64,000 nucleotides of DNA from Candidatus Iainarchaeum sp. (GCA_026397015.1 JAPLVR010000006.1:64977-128976), one strand, 5' to 3'. Positions 28,568 to 37,435 are shown, counted from the stretch's first letter. Notes: generated by a model from the letters alone, not told the origin. Made by a program: numbers and translations.

Positions 28568-30394
28568 TTATTCGACTGTTACACTCTTTGCAAGATTTCT
28601 CGGTTTGTCGATTTCACGCCCCATCTCATCGGCAACATAATACGCAAATAATTGCAAAGGAATTATGCTGAGAAGAGGAGAAACCAGTTCATGCGTTTTC
28701 GGAATACAAAAAAATTCGTTGCAGAGCTTTGCTGTTTCACTGTCACATTCATTTATTATTGAAATTACTTTTCCTGAACGGGCTTTTACTTCCTGAATAT
28801 TTCCACGCAGTTTTTCCAGCAAAGCGCCGCTTGCCCCGACAAAAACAGCCGGAAAATTCTTATCTATTAGTGCGATTGTGCCGTGCTTCATTTCAGCGGC
28901 AGGCATTCCCCAGGCATTAACATAAGAAATTTCTTTCAGCTTCAACGCACCTTCAAGTGCAACGAAATAATCGATTCCCCTTCCGAGGAAAAGAAAATTT
29001 GAATATTTTGAATTCACCTTTGCAATAAACTTTATCTTGTTCTTTTTTTCAAAAATTTCCCTCATTTTTACTGGCACTTTCTTCAATTCCAAAACAATCA
29101 ATTTGATTTCTTCTTTCGAAGCAGTTTTTCTCTGCACGGCGCCGTAAAGCGCGAAGAGCAGAAGCACGGCAATTTGAGTAGTAAACGCTTTTGTCGAGGC
29201 AACGCCGATTTCAGGGCCGGCTTTTGTGCAGATGGCTGCACCGCTTTCCCTCGCAATCGTTGAACCTTCAACATTAACAATCGCCATGGTTTGTGCGCCC
29301 CTGCGCTTCGCTTCCCTCAGCGCCGCAAGAGTGTCTGCGGTTTCACCGCTCTGACTTATCGCGACAACTAAACAATTCTTGCCTATAACAGGGCACCTAT
29401 ATCGAAATTCGCTTGCGCACTCAACTTTAACGGGAACTTTCCAAAGTTTTTCAATCAGGAATTCCGCAATCATGCCTGCATGAAGCGACGTGCCGCACGC
29501 AACAATTACAATTCGCTCAGTTTTTTTGATTTTGCCATTAAATCCTTCCAGCTCTTCAAGCACAGGTAGAGAATTTTTTATTCTGCCCGCAGTGCAGCTT
29601 TCAATGCATTCGGGTTGCTCGAAAATTTCCTTAAGCATGAAGTGTTTAAATCCGTTTTTTTCAGCCTGCCAACGACGCAAATTAATTTTCACTGCCTTTT
29701 TTGCCGCTTTTTTCTCACCGTTAAAACCGAATATTTCAATTTCACTGTTTCCTTCCATTTTTACAAATGCAATTTCACCGTCGCCAAGAAAAATAGCCTT
29801 GCCAGCATAATCTATGAATCCAATCGGGTCACTGGCGAAAAAAATCCCTTCATTGCCAAGCCCGACCACGAGGGGGCTGCCATTTTTTGCCCCGCAGAGC
29901 TGGTTGGATTTTTTATCAAGAATCAACAATGCAAAATTTCCTTCCAAATGGTTACATGCCAGCGTTACCGCCTCTCTAAATCCTTTTCCTTCGCATAGAA
30001 AAGCTTCAATCAGATGAGGCACAACTTCAGTATCGGTTTCGCTTGAAAAAAAATGCCCCTTTCTTTCAAGGGCGCGCCGCAGAGAAGAATGATTTTCAAT
30101 TATCCCATTGTGAACAACTGCTATTCTTTTGTCGCAGCTCAAATGCGGGTGGGCATTTTTTTCAGAAACTTTTCCGTGCGTTGCCCAGCGAGTATGCGCG
30201 ATTCCAATGTTTCCGCTTTGAATTTTTTCGGCAAAATAATCGAGCTTTCCAACCCTTTTCAAAATTTTGTGGTCGCCGTTGCTTAAAACCGAAAATCCGA
30301 AAGAGTCGTAGCCCCTGTAGTCCAGCCTCTTTAGACAGGCGGGCAAAAATTCAGAAACATTCCCGTTTCCGCAATAACCGACAATTCCACACAT
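28568..30394 (-). CDS. glmS: glutamine--fructose-6-phosphate aminotransferase
   Basis: I place the start at MCGIVGY (catalytic Cys2). Two SIS domains are present, with the canonical C-terminus NLAKSVTVE. Confidence 0.9.
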   Translation of the reverse strand: MCGIVGYCGNGNVSEFLPACLKRLDYRGYDSFGFSVLSNGDHKILKRVGKLDYFAEKIQSGNIGIAHTRWATHGKVSEKNAHPHLSCDKRIAVVHNGIIENHSSLRRALERKGHFFSSETDTEVVPHLIEAFLCEGKGFREAVTLACNHLEGNFALLILDKKSNQLCGAKNGSPLVVGLGNEGIFFASDPIGFIDYAGKAIFLGDGEIAFVKMEGNSEIEIFGFNGEKKAAKKAVKINLRRWQAEKNGFKHFMLKEIFEQPECIESCTAGRIKNSLPVLEELEGFNGKIKKTERIVIVACGTSLHAGMIAEFLIEKLWKVPVKVECASEFRYRCPVIGKNCLVVAISQSGETADTLAALREAKRRGAQTMAIVNVEGSTIARESGAAICTKAGPEIGVASTKAFTTQIAVLLLFALYGAVQRKTASKEEIKLIVLELKKVPVKMREIFEKKNKIKFIAKVNSKYSNFLFLGRGIDYFVALEGALKLKEISYVNAWGMPAAEMKHGTIALIDKNFPAVFVGASGALLEKLRGNIQEVKARSGKVISIINECDSETAKLCNEFFCIPKTHELVSPLLSIIPLQLFAYYVADEMGREIDKPRNLAKSVTVE

Positions 30395-30526
30395 TTTGCT
30401 TTTCAATCAGAATTAGTTTTTGCTTCTTTTAAGCGGATTGGTGCGATTGTACAAAAAAATAGCAGGCATGATGAAACGCGCCAAAAGAAATTGAACTGAA
30501 GTCCGAGAAAAAAATTGGCCCGAAAA

Positions 30527-30913
30527 TTATTTTTCCTCTTCTATTATTTCGGTAATTGTTTTTGATCTTGAGGGGGATTCGTTCGCGGCTGGCCTGGATC
30601 TTGTCTCCTCGACAATTTCAGTCCTCTTAACAGTTGCTCCTGTGTTGCCCGTTGAAGTTGTGGAAGTGGTTTCAGTTACTGTTTTATCAACTCCAATCAC
30701 TTCCTTGCGGACAATTTTATTTTCATCTTCAATGATTTGCCTTGAAATCCTTCTCATTGCATCTTCCTTGTTCCTTAATTTGTTGAGAGTGTAGAAATAT
30801 GAATTTATTATCTGGTCGAGGTCAAGCTGCCTCTTGAAACCGAGGCGCGCGATTTCTTCGAAATAAAGCCTCACTATTTTAAACGATACTTCTTCATCCT
30901 TCATTTTAATCAC
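30527..30913 (-). CDS. hypothetical protein; N-terminal ~50-aa domain paralogous to the C-terminus of the adjacent basic protein
   Basis: 128 aa. EEVSFKIVRLYFEEIARLGFKRQLDLDQIINSYFYTLNKLR is followed by a T/S/E-rich tail. Confidence 0.55.
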   Translation of the reverse strand: MIKMKDEEVSFKIVRLYFEEIARLGFKRQLDLDQIINSYFYTLNKLRNKEDAMRRISRQIIEDENKIVRKEVIGVDKTVTETTSTTSTGNTGATVKRTEIVEETRSRPAANESPSRSKTITEIIEEEK

Positions 30914-30924
30914 TTCCCAAAAAA

Positions 30925-31863
30925 TTATCTTCTCATCCTGCTTTTCTTCACGGCATCGGCAATGGCGGTCATTTCGATGTCCTGCCTTCGCACTCTTGCC
31001 AGCGCATATAGATACGCATTAACTATTTCATCAAGGGTAAGCTGTTTTTTGAACCCCAAACGGGCAACTTCCTTGAAGTAAGTCTGAATTATTTTGAAAG
31101 CAATCTCTTCTTCGCTCTCGCCCAAAAGATTCTCCACTTCATCTCTTGAAACGGTTCGTGAACTCGAAATAACGGACTGCATTATTGAGCGTATTTGTGC
31201 AGGAGTAACGGCTTCGGAAGAAGTCGAAATGGTTGTCGTCCTTCGAATTTTGGCTGGACGCACTTTGTGCACCCTGCGCACCCCCCTCACAATCTTTACA
31301 ACTCTTTTAACCCTTCTCCTTTTAGGTTTGATAATAATCTTTCTTGTTCTGTATCTCAACTTGGTAATAACCCTCGGCTTGGATTTTATATTCCTTGTTC
31401 TGTATCTCAACTTAGTAATAACCCTCGGCTTGGATTTTATCCTTCTGACCTTAACAACCGTTTTCGTAACAGTCCTGGTTTTGCCTTTCCTGCCAAGCTT
31501 GCCTGCTTTTGCAAGCCTCCACAACGCAACCGCCTGCTTGAAGGTCTTTCCCAAACGCATCTGGGAACCGATGAATTGATTGTAGGCGGAAGGCCTTCGC
31601 TTGGTTTTGTTCAAAAGAGCTTTGTATTTGTTCCACTCTTTTACGGCTTTCGCAAAGGTGGCGCCCGCAAGTATCTGCCTTTTAATAAAAAAATTGTATT
31701 CTGAAACGTGCTTTGAAGGCATTTTCTTTTTTTTCTTCAATTTTTCTATTTCAACTTTAAGTTTGTTAATCTCCTTCCCCTGTTCCGCGGTTTTCTTCCG
31801 CGCCTTCACAGCCGCTTTCTTCGCAGATTTTATTTCCTTCCTGCCCTTCCTGTCAACAGCCAA
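30925..31863 (-). CDS. highly basic hypothetical protein with two HMG/YABBY-like motifs, a 17-aa tandem repeat and a conserved C-terminal domain
   Basis: 312 aa and K/R-rich throughout. Contains PSKHVSEYNFFIKRQILAGATFAKAVKEW and RRPSAYNQFIGSQMRLGKTFKQAVALW, IKSKPRVITKLRYRTR(N/K) twice, and C-terminal EEIAFKIIQTYFKEVARLGFKKQLTLDEIVNAYLYALARVR. Confidence 0.55.
   Translation of the reverse strand: MAVDRKGRKEIKSAKKAAVKARKKTAEQGKEINKLKVEIEKLKKKKKMPSKHVSEYNFFIKRQILAGATFAKAVKEWNKYKALLNKTKRRPSAYNQFIGSQMRLGKTFKQAVALWRLAKAGKLGRKGKTRTVTKTVVKVRRIKSKPRVITKLRYRTRNIKSKPRVITKLRYRTRKIIIKPKRRRVKRVVKIVRGVRRVHKVRPAKIRRTTTISTSSEAVTPAQIRSIMQSVISSSRTVSRDEVENLLGESEEEIAFKIIQTYFKEVARLGFKKQLTLDEIVNAYLYALARVRRQDIEMTAIADAVKKSRMRR
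31339..31440 (-). repeat. in-frame 51-bp tandem duplication (2 copies)
   Basis: The two adjacent 51-nt units differ at only a few positions and encode IKSKPRVITKLRYRTRN and IKSKPRVITKLRYRTRK. Confidence 0.85.
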
Positions 31864-32061
31864 ATCAATTCACCCGTACAAAATAAATTTTAGCTCGGGC
31901 TTAAAACGATGCCCGATAAAGTATCTCGACCAAAAGGGTATATAAAAGTTTCCTTTTAACTGGAAAAGGTGAATGGTCCGCATTTTGCAACTTTTTGCCA
32001 TAGCTTTTTCGAAAACGACCGAAATAGTGTTTTTTAAACAATCATTCCACAAATTGAAACC

Positions 32062-32208
32062 ATGAGCATAAAACCAAAGTGCGACAAATGCGGAAAGGAA
32101 TTAACCGAATTCGGGGGCATCCTTTTTGGGCCGCCAAATAGAAACTCAAAAGTCAAAAAGCACCACTTGTGCAGGAAATGCTACAAAAAAATCGCTGCGG
32201 AACTTTAA
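32062..32208 (+). CDS. 48-aa zinc-ribbon protein (below track cutoff)
   Basis: My own translation: MSIKPKCDKCGKELTEFGGILFGPPNRNSKVKKHHLCRKCYKKIAAEL, with two CxxC pairs. A TATA-like TTTTAAA lies about 27 nt upstream of the ATG, consistent with a leaderless mRNA. Confidence 0.45.
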   Translation: MSIKPKCDKCGKELTEFGGILFGPPNRNSKVKKHHLCRKCYKKIAAEL

Positions 32209-32247
32209 AAAACAACAAAACCCAAAAAAACAGCCCAAAGGCAAAAG

Positions 32248-32254
32248 TTAAATA
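32248..32254 (+). promoter_or_regulatory. candidate TATA box about 26 nt upstream of ATG 32277
   Basis: TTAAATA centred about 26 nt before the ATG. No SD is present, consistent with a leaderless transcript. Confidence 0.3.
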
Positions 32255-32276
32255 CCAATAAAGAAATAATCCTTGC

Positions 32277-32957
32277 ATGCGGAGAATATTCAGGCGCGGA
32301 ATCGCGCGCCCAAAAAAAAGGAAATTTTTCAGAAAGGCGTTCAGGGCGATTGCCCTCGCCGGGCTGCTTGGCGCAACGGCGGGGTGCGCGCCCCCGCGAA
32401 ACGCGATAATCATAAGGGGAAGGATGGGGAAAGCCGCAGCCAAAAGGGAGCAAAAAGAACTCATTGAAAAGCTCGGGCTGGAAAGGACATGTATGCTTTA
32501 CGAAAGGAAGGTGAAGCACGAGATACTTATGGATGAACTTAATAAGGAAAGCCGGGACATCATCAAAACGGAAAAGGAAAGCCAGGACATTATCAAAATG
32601 GAACAGGAACTTGGCAAATCAACAAGCCTAAAGAGGAAACTGAATGTGCTGGAAGAGAAATTTGAATTATTAAAAAGAAAATACCTAGAATACCAAGGCA
32701 GGTTCGAGGAAAAGGAGCAGAAGATAATAACAAACATACAGGAGGGGCACTACATACTCCTTTACCCGGAAGAGTACAAAAAAGAACTCGGAAAATACGT
32801 GAAAGAAAATAAGCGCGAGCCGAATGAAAACGAGCTGAAATCAATAGTGAAAAAGGCATCGTACCTGGCATGGCTTCAAGCGAGGGTTGCAGCCAAAAAT
32901 GAATGGGAAGAATTCGTTCAATATCTGATAAAAATCAACAAAAAAAAGGCTAAATAA
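32277..32957 (+). CDS. hypothetical coiled-coil protein, possible lipoprotein signal peptide
   Basis: 226 aa. The N-terminus MRRIFRRGIARPKKRKFFRKAFRAIALAGLLGATAGC is lipobox-like. The remainder is K/E-rich coiled coil. An alternative start is MGKAAAK at 32424, behind AAGGGGAAGG. Confidence 0.45.
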   Translation: MRRIFRRGIARPKKRKFFRKAFRAIALAGLLGATAGCAPPRNAIIIRGRMGKAAAKREQKELIEKLGLERTCMLYERKVKHEILMDELNKESRDIIKTEKESQDIIKMEQELGKSTSLKRKLNVLEEKFELLKRKYLEYQGRFEEKEQKIITNIQEGHYILLYPEEYKKELGKYVKENKREPNENELKSIVKKASYLAWLQARVAAKNEWEEFVQYLIKINKKKAK

Positions 32958-33037
32958 AATAACGGAAAAAAAATCCGGATAAAGGCTGCCGATAAAAAAT
33001 AATTCCGTGCCGGCAAAATAAAATAATCGGAAAAAAA

Positions 33038-34108
33038 TTACCTCGCCGCCTTCGAAATCAGCCTGGTAAACCCCCTTCCCTTTTGCACGCGCCGCGCCCT
33101 CAAAATTCCCTTTCCCTCCAAATCAGAAACCGCCTTGCGGAGGGTACGCTCCGAAAACTTCCTGCCAAGCGCCTTGTAAACCGCGCCAGCATCCACTTCC
33201 CCGCCCGCAACAAAGTTGAGGACCAAAAATTCCTGTTCCGAAAGGTTTTCCGCAATCTCGAACTTCACGGGTTTCTCCTGCATGAAAGAAGCGCGCACAT
33301 GCTTCAACTGAACCTGCTTTGCGTTTTCCCTCTCCGCCAGGCGCGCCGCCTTCAGAAGCACTGTTATTGCTATCCGCGCATCGCCCCCGTTCTTTGCCGC
33401 GTGAGCGGCGCAAAGCGGAATCACTTCGTTTTCGAGAGCGTTGCCGAAGAATGCGTACTGCGCCCTTTCCTTCAAAATCTCCTTCAATTCGATTGGTGAA
33501 TACTTTTCAAATGAGAGGTGCGACGCCTGGAGCGAACTTCTCACCCTTTCGTCAATTGCGGAAAGGAAGAAGGCGTCGTTGGAAATGAAAACCATCCCGA
33601 GGAAAAGGCCCTTTTCCTCGCCAAGCCTGGAAAAATCATAAAGCAGTTTTTTTGAATCATCCGTTTTCAGCAGCTGCTCGGCCTCGTCAAAAACGATTAT
33701 CGGAATGACTTTTTTCGATTTGAGAAGCGCGACAAGCCTTTCATAAACCTCTTCGCTTCCAAGCCCCCTTTCCGGCACCGGATAGCCTAAAGAGTTGACC
33801 GTTTTAACAAGAATCCCGTTGCGGGTGGATTTTTCAAAGCAATTAATGTAAACGCATTTCGCCCTGTCTGAAAACTCCTCCAATTCGTGAAGCACATATT
33901 TCAGGGTAACGGTTTTTCCGGTTCCGGGAAAACCCGAAACAAAAATATTGCCCGGCTTTCTGCCCATGGTTGCCGGCTTCAGCGCAAAAACAAGTTCGCT
34001 TATTTCCCTTTCACGGAAAGGAAGCCTCTCCGGAACAAACTCCGGATAAAGATAGCGCTCGTCTTTAAGTATTCCTTTTTCATCTGACTTTTCAAAAGGA
34101 TTCGCCAT
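33038..34108 (-). CDS. cdc6: Orc1/Cdc6 replication initiator
   Basis: Walker A GFPGTGKTVTL, Walker B IIVFDEAEQL, and a C-terminal winged helix (SERTLRKAVSDLEGKGILRARRVQKGRGF). Confidence 0.9.
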   Translation of the reverse strand: MANPFEKSDEKGILKDERYLYPEFVPERLPFREREISELVFALKPATMGRKPGNIFVSGFPGTGKTVTLKYVLHELEEFSDRAKCVYINCFEKSTRNGILVKTVNSLGYPVPERGLGSEEVYERLVALLKSKKVIPIIVFDEAEQLLKTDDSKKLLYDFSRLGEEKGLFLGMVFISNDAFFLSAIDERVRSSLQASHLSFEKYSPIELKEILKERAQYAFFGNALENEVIPLCAAHAAKNGGDARIAITVLLKAARLAERENAKQVQLKHVRASFMQEKPVKFEIAENLSEQEFLVLNFVAGGEVDAGAVYKALGRKFSERTLRKAVSDLEGKGILRARRVQKGRGFTRLISKAAR

Positions 34109-34169
34109 ATGTGAAAAGTTGTGGCAAAGTAATTAAAACAATGCCCGTTTTCAGGCAATCGTCTAAAGA

Positions 34170-35825
34170 TTAGTTAAGCGGGAACTCCAAAAGCGCAACC
34201 TGATTTTTTATGCCGAAATTTTCGAGCGTTTTTTTGTTTATTTCGCCGATGAAACCTTTTTTGCCATTCACAATTATTTCCGCGCAATTCTCACCCATAA
34301 AAGGGAACTCCTTCCTGCGAAGTTCGACCTTTAAATTCAAATAATTACAAATAGAAACCAGCGCTGATTTTATGTCGGTGAAATTGACTTTTGAAGAGGA
34401 AAGCGCAACACACAAATTAGTAGTTTGTTTTACCCCATTAGGCGCGTCTTTGTCCAGCTCCAAACATGTGCCAACTTCGAATATTCTCTGCGGATAAAGC
34501 TCGGACTTGTTTTTTGCAAGGAAATTAACCAGCTGCGGGGCAAGCCTTTTCCTCAATATCCCGTAATTAAGAGAAACAGGGTTTGCAATTTCGACAAACT
34601 GTTCATCAATGTGAAAATTTTTTCCCTGAATTTCCTTTGAGGTCAGGTTATAGGTCAGAACTTCCTGCAAACCTATTCCGACACAAGCGTCCCTCGCAGA
34701 ATCAAACAAACTAATTTCCTTCAGCTGCGAACCGATGACGCTCATCTTAATCTGCCTTGGAACAATTTTGTTGAAACCATAGGAAATGAGCAAATCCTCT
34801 ATAACATCAACGGGATGCAAAATATCCGTCCTACAAGAAGAATATTCCACAACAATTTTTTTCGCATCAATTTTCACATTATAGCGGGCACGCTCAAGCA
34901 GTTCTTTTACCTTCGCATCATTCAACTTCAAACCGGTTTTCTTTTCAACCAACGCCTTTTCAAAAGAAATTTTTTTAGTTAAAAAGCGGGGGGTTTTCAA
35001 AAAAGTTTTGGGGTAAATTTTTCCTTTCGAATAATTTATTTTGCAAGAATATATTTTTCCGCCGCGGTCGGCAAGAGCCATGCACATCACCTCGAGCGCT
35101 GTTTCAATGGTCTCGAGCGAAAATCCGGTAACCTCAACAAAAAGGTTCTTTGTTTTTTCAGTAACCTTTCCGGTAGCGTTCGAATTTATTATCGGGGGCA
35201 TGGAAGCAACCATTTTATTAGCATCCATTACAATCGGATAAACCGCCGAACCCTGGACCAGCCAGCCATAAATTTTTCCCTTTTCGTGCTGGGAAATAAT
35301 CTCGCTTGGCCTCATCGGAACTTTCCATTCCAAAGGAACGAATTCTATTTCATTGTCCTTAAATCCCTTGTAATAAACCGGAGGCTTCATCACGTCAAAA
35401 TCATAAAGCCCTATTGCGGCTTCCTTCCTTTTTCGACCGAACGTTTCGCAAATCTTTTCCTGGAGCTGGACCATTTGAACAACAAAATCGCCATCAACTT
35501 TTACGCCCTTAAGAACAGCGCATGCAATGAACGGCCTCACTTTCTCGAGATTTGAATCAACAAAAACATTTACGCTACTTTCTCCCACCACATATTTTCT
35601 AATTCCTTTCTCTTTTCCAATGCGCGCCCTTATTTCGCGCGCCAATCCTTCGGTGCTCCACAAATCCGGCCTGTTGGTTTCTTTGCAATCCACTTTCAAA
35701 TTATTTCCATCAACAGAATCTATTTCGCACTTGACATACTCCAAAACTTCTTCCAGTCCCTGCTCATCAAATTTTTTTCCGACCAACTTTTCGAAATCCT
35801 TTTTTGAAACATCAAGCGTCGGCAT
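34170..35825 (-). CDS. pheT: phenylalanine--tRNA ligase beta subunit (archaeal type)
   Basis: 551 aa. The N-terminus MPTLDVSKKDFEKLVGKKF and B3/4 and B5 domain pattern are present. The start shares 1 nt with the pheS stop (TAATG). Confidence 0.9.
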   Translation of the reverse strand: MPTLDVSKKDFEKLVGKKFDEQGLEEVLEYVKCEIDSVDGNNLKVDCKETNRPDLWSTEGLAREIRARIGKEKGIRKYVVGESSVNVFVDSNLEKVRPFIACAVLKGVKVDGDFVVQMVQLQEKICETFGRKRKEAAIGLYDFDVMKPPVYYKGFKDNEIEFVPLEWKVPMRPSEIISQHEKGKIYGWLVQGSAVYPIVMDANKMVASMPPIINSNATGKVTEKTKNLFVEVTGFSLETIETALEVMCMALADRGGKIYSCKINYSKGKIYPKTFLKTPRFLTKKISFEKALVEKKTGLKLNDAKVKELLERARYNVKIDAKKIVVEYSSCRTDILHPVDVIEDLLISYGFNKIVPRQIKMSVIGSQLKEISLFDSARDACVGIGLQEVLTYNLTSKEIQGKNFHIDEQFVEIANPVSLNYGILRKRLAPQLVNFLAKNKSELYPQRIFEVGTCLELDKDAPNGVKQTTNLCVALSSSKVNFTDIKSALVSICNYLNLKVELRRKEFPFMGENCAEIIVNGKKGFIGEINKKTLENFGIKNQVALLEFPLN

Positions 35826-37279
35826 TAAAGCATCACCGCCTTTGCTTTTCTCAAATAGCCCAAGTTTTCTGAAAACAAATCCCTTATGTCTCTGGTGCCG
35901 AGCTTGAACATCGCTAACCTGTCAATACCGATTCCCCACGCAATCGCCTCTCCTTTGATTCCCAAGTTTTTAAGCATCTCGGGCCTGAACATTCCTGCGC
36001 CGGCAAACTCTACCCAACCCATTTCAGGGTGTTTCGCGCTCAGCTGGACGGAAGGCTCGGTAAAAGGATAATAATCAGGAATAAATTTCACTTTTTTCGC
36101 GCCGGCGATTTCCACGGCGAATTCTTCAAGCATTCCAAGCAAGTGTCCGAAATTTAAATCATCGCCAACAATAAAACCTTCCAGCTGATTGAACTCGATC
36201 AGATGCGTTGCATCCAAAACATCCGGACGGAAACAGCGCGCAATCGCAAAATACTTGCGCGGCATTTCAACGCCCTCAACAAGCTGCCTGGCGCTGTGCG
36301 CCGTCCCATGCGCGGCAGGCATCAAGCGTTTCGCAATTTCTTCGTTCCAGTTATACCTCCACCCAGTGCTTGCCGAAACGCCGCCGTTCTCGTGCGCGGC
36401 TTTTACCGCTTTTACTTTTTCCGCGGAAGGCAAAACGCCGAAGCGCGGCTGTTTCAAATGATAGGTATCGGTCCATGCCCGCGCAGGATGATTCTGCGGC
36501 TGGAACAAAACATCAAAATTGTAAAATTCCGGAACAATCAGCGGAGCATTCATCTCTTTGAAACCGAGGGCGACAAGCTTCTGCCTTATCTGATTCAGAA
36601 ATTGGACATAAGGCGCCTTCTTTCCCAAAAACAATTCTGGAACAGGCGCTTCAACATCGAACTCTCTTGAAACCTTCTGTGTCGACAATATTTCGCGCGC
36701 GGCCTTTCCGGAATTCGTGATTGAAATTTTTCTTTCGATGAATTCTTTTTTCTCGACCAAACCTCGTTTAAACAATTCTAACGCTTCAACTTTTTTCCCC
36801 TCCGAAATTGATTCAAGCAGGTTCTGTTCTTCAAAAGTTTCCTGGCTTTTTGCAACGCCCGTTTCTTCAATTACCCCGTTCACGATTGTGATGAATGCCT
36901 TCTTTTTATTTATCCCGAGCGCCGCGTTGAATTCTTGGACATCCAACTTTGACTCTTCCATCAAATCTTTGAAGCCGGCCTTTCCACCGAGCTTTGTAAG
37001 GACCTCAAGAAAAATATTTTCAGGCATTCCCTTCTCAAGCGCTGTTTTTCCAGCCGCAGTTAAAAAAAGTTTTTCTGAGCGCGTTTCAGAAATTTTTGCG
37101 AACCCTTTTTCGGCAAGCCACGCGCAAGCCCTGCGCACCGAGTCAATCGACAAAGCCGCTTCGGACGCGATTTCCTCGAAGCTTTTTTCCGAATCGCCGA
37201 TCCCTAAAATGGCTTTTCGTTCTATGTCGCTAAGCTCCCTAATCCTGCCCAAATCGCCAGTTTTTCCAGCCATCAACAA
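35825..37279 (-). CDS. pheS: phenylalanine--tRNA ligase alpha subunit
   Basis: N-terminal winged-helix repeats and a class II core: HPARAWTDTY, FRPDVLDATHLIEFNQLEG, GAGMFRPE. Confidence 0.9.
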   Translation of the reverse strand: MLMAGKTGDLGRIRELSDIERKAILGIGDSEKSFEEIASEAALSIDSVRRACAWLAEKGFAKISETRSEKLFLTAAGKTALEKGMPENIFLEVLTKLGGKAGFKDLMEESKLDVQEFNAALGINKKKAFITIVNGVIEETGVAKSQETFEEQNLLESISEGKKVEALELFKRGLVEKKEFIERKISITNSGKAAREILSTQKVSREFDVEAPVPELFLGKKAPYVQFLNQIRQKLVALGFKEMNAPLIVPEFYNFDVLFQPQNHPARAWTDTYHLKQPRFGVLPSAEKVKAVKAAHENGGVSASTGWRYNWNEEIAKRLMPAAHGTAHSARQLVEGVEMPRKYFAIARCFRPDVLDATHLIEFNQLEGFIVGDDLNFGHLLGMLEEFAVEIAGAKKVKFIPDYYPFTEPSVQLSAKHPEMGWVEFAGAGMFRPEMLKNLGIKGEAIAWGIGIDRLAMFKLGTRDIRDLFSENLGYLRKAKAVML

Positions 37280-37435
37280 GATAAGCTTATTTGTTATTTT
37301 AAAGGTTTCCAGTGCGGCAGACTAAAAAAACAGCAAGTTATTTAAGGAGTAAAAACAATAAATTTGGTTGGCATAGGTGCTTTAGATGGGCGACGATTCC
37401 GGTTAGTTGAATGGAATTAAAGAACGCTAATTCAA

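Noticed and set aside
32958-33037. Possible replication origin elements next to orc1/cdc6: an A/T-rich spacer with repeated AAATAAYCGGAAAAAAA and CCGG-containing words. The 60-bp upstream spacer at 34109-34169 was also examined.
   Set aside because: There is no ORB or mini-ORB-like inverted repeats flanking an unwinding element. Both spacers are short. The origin is probably not adjacent, or is not recognisable by eye.
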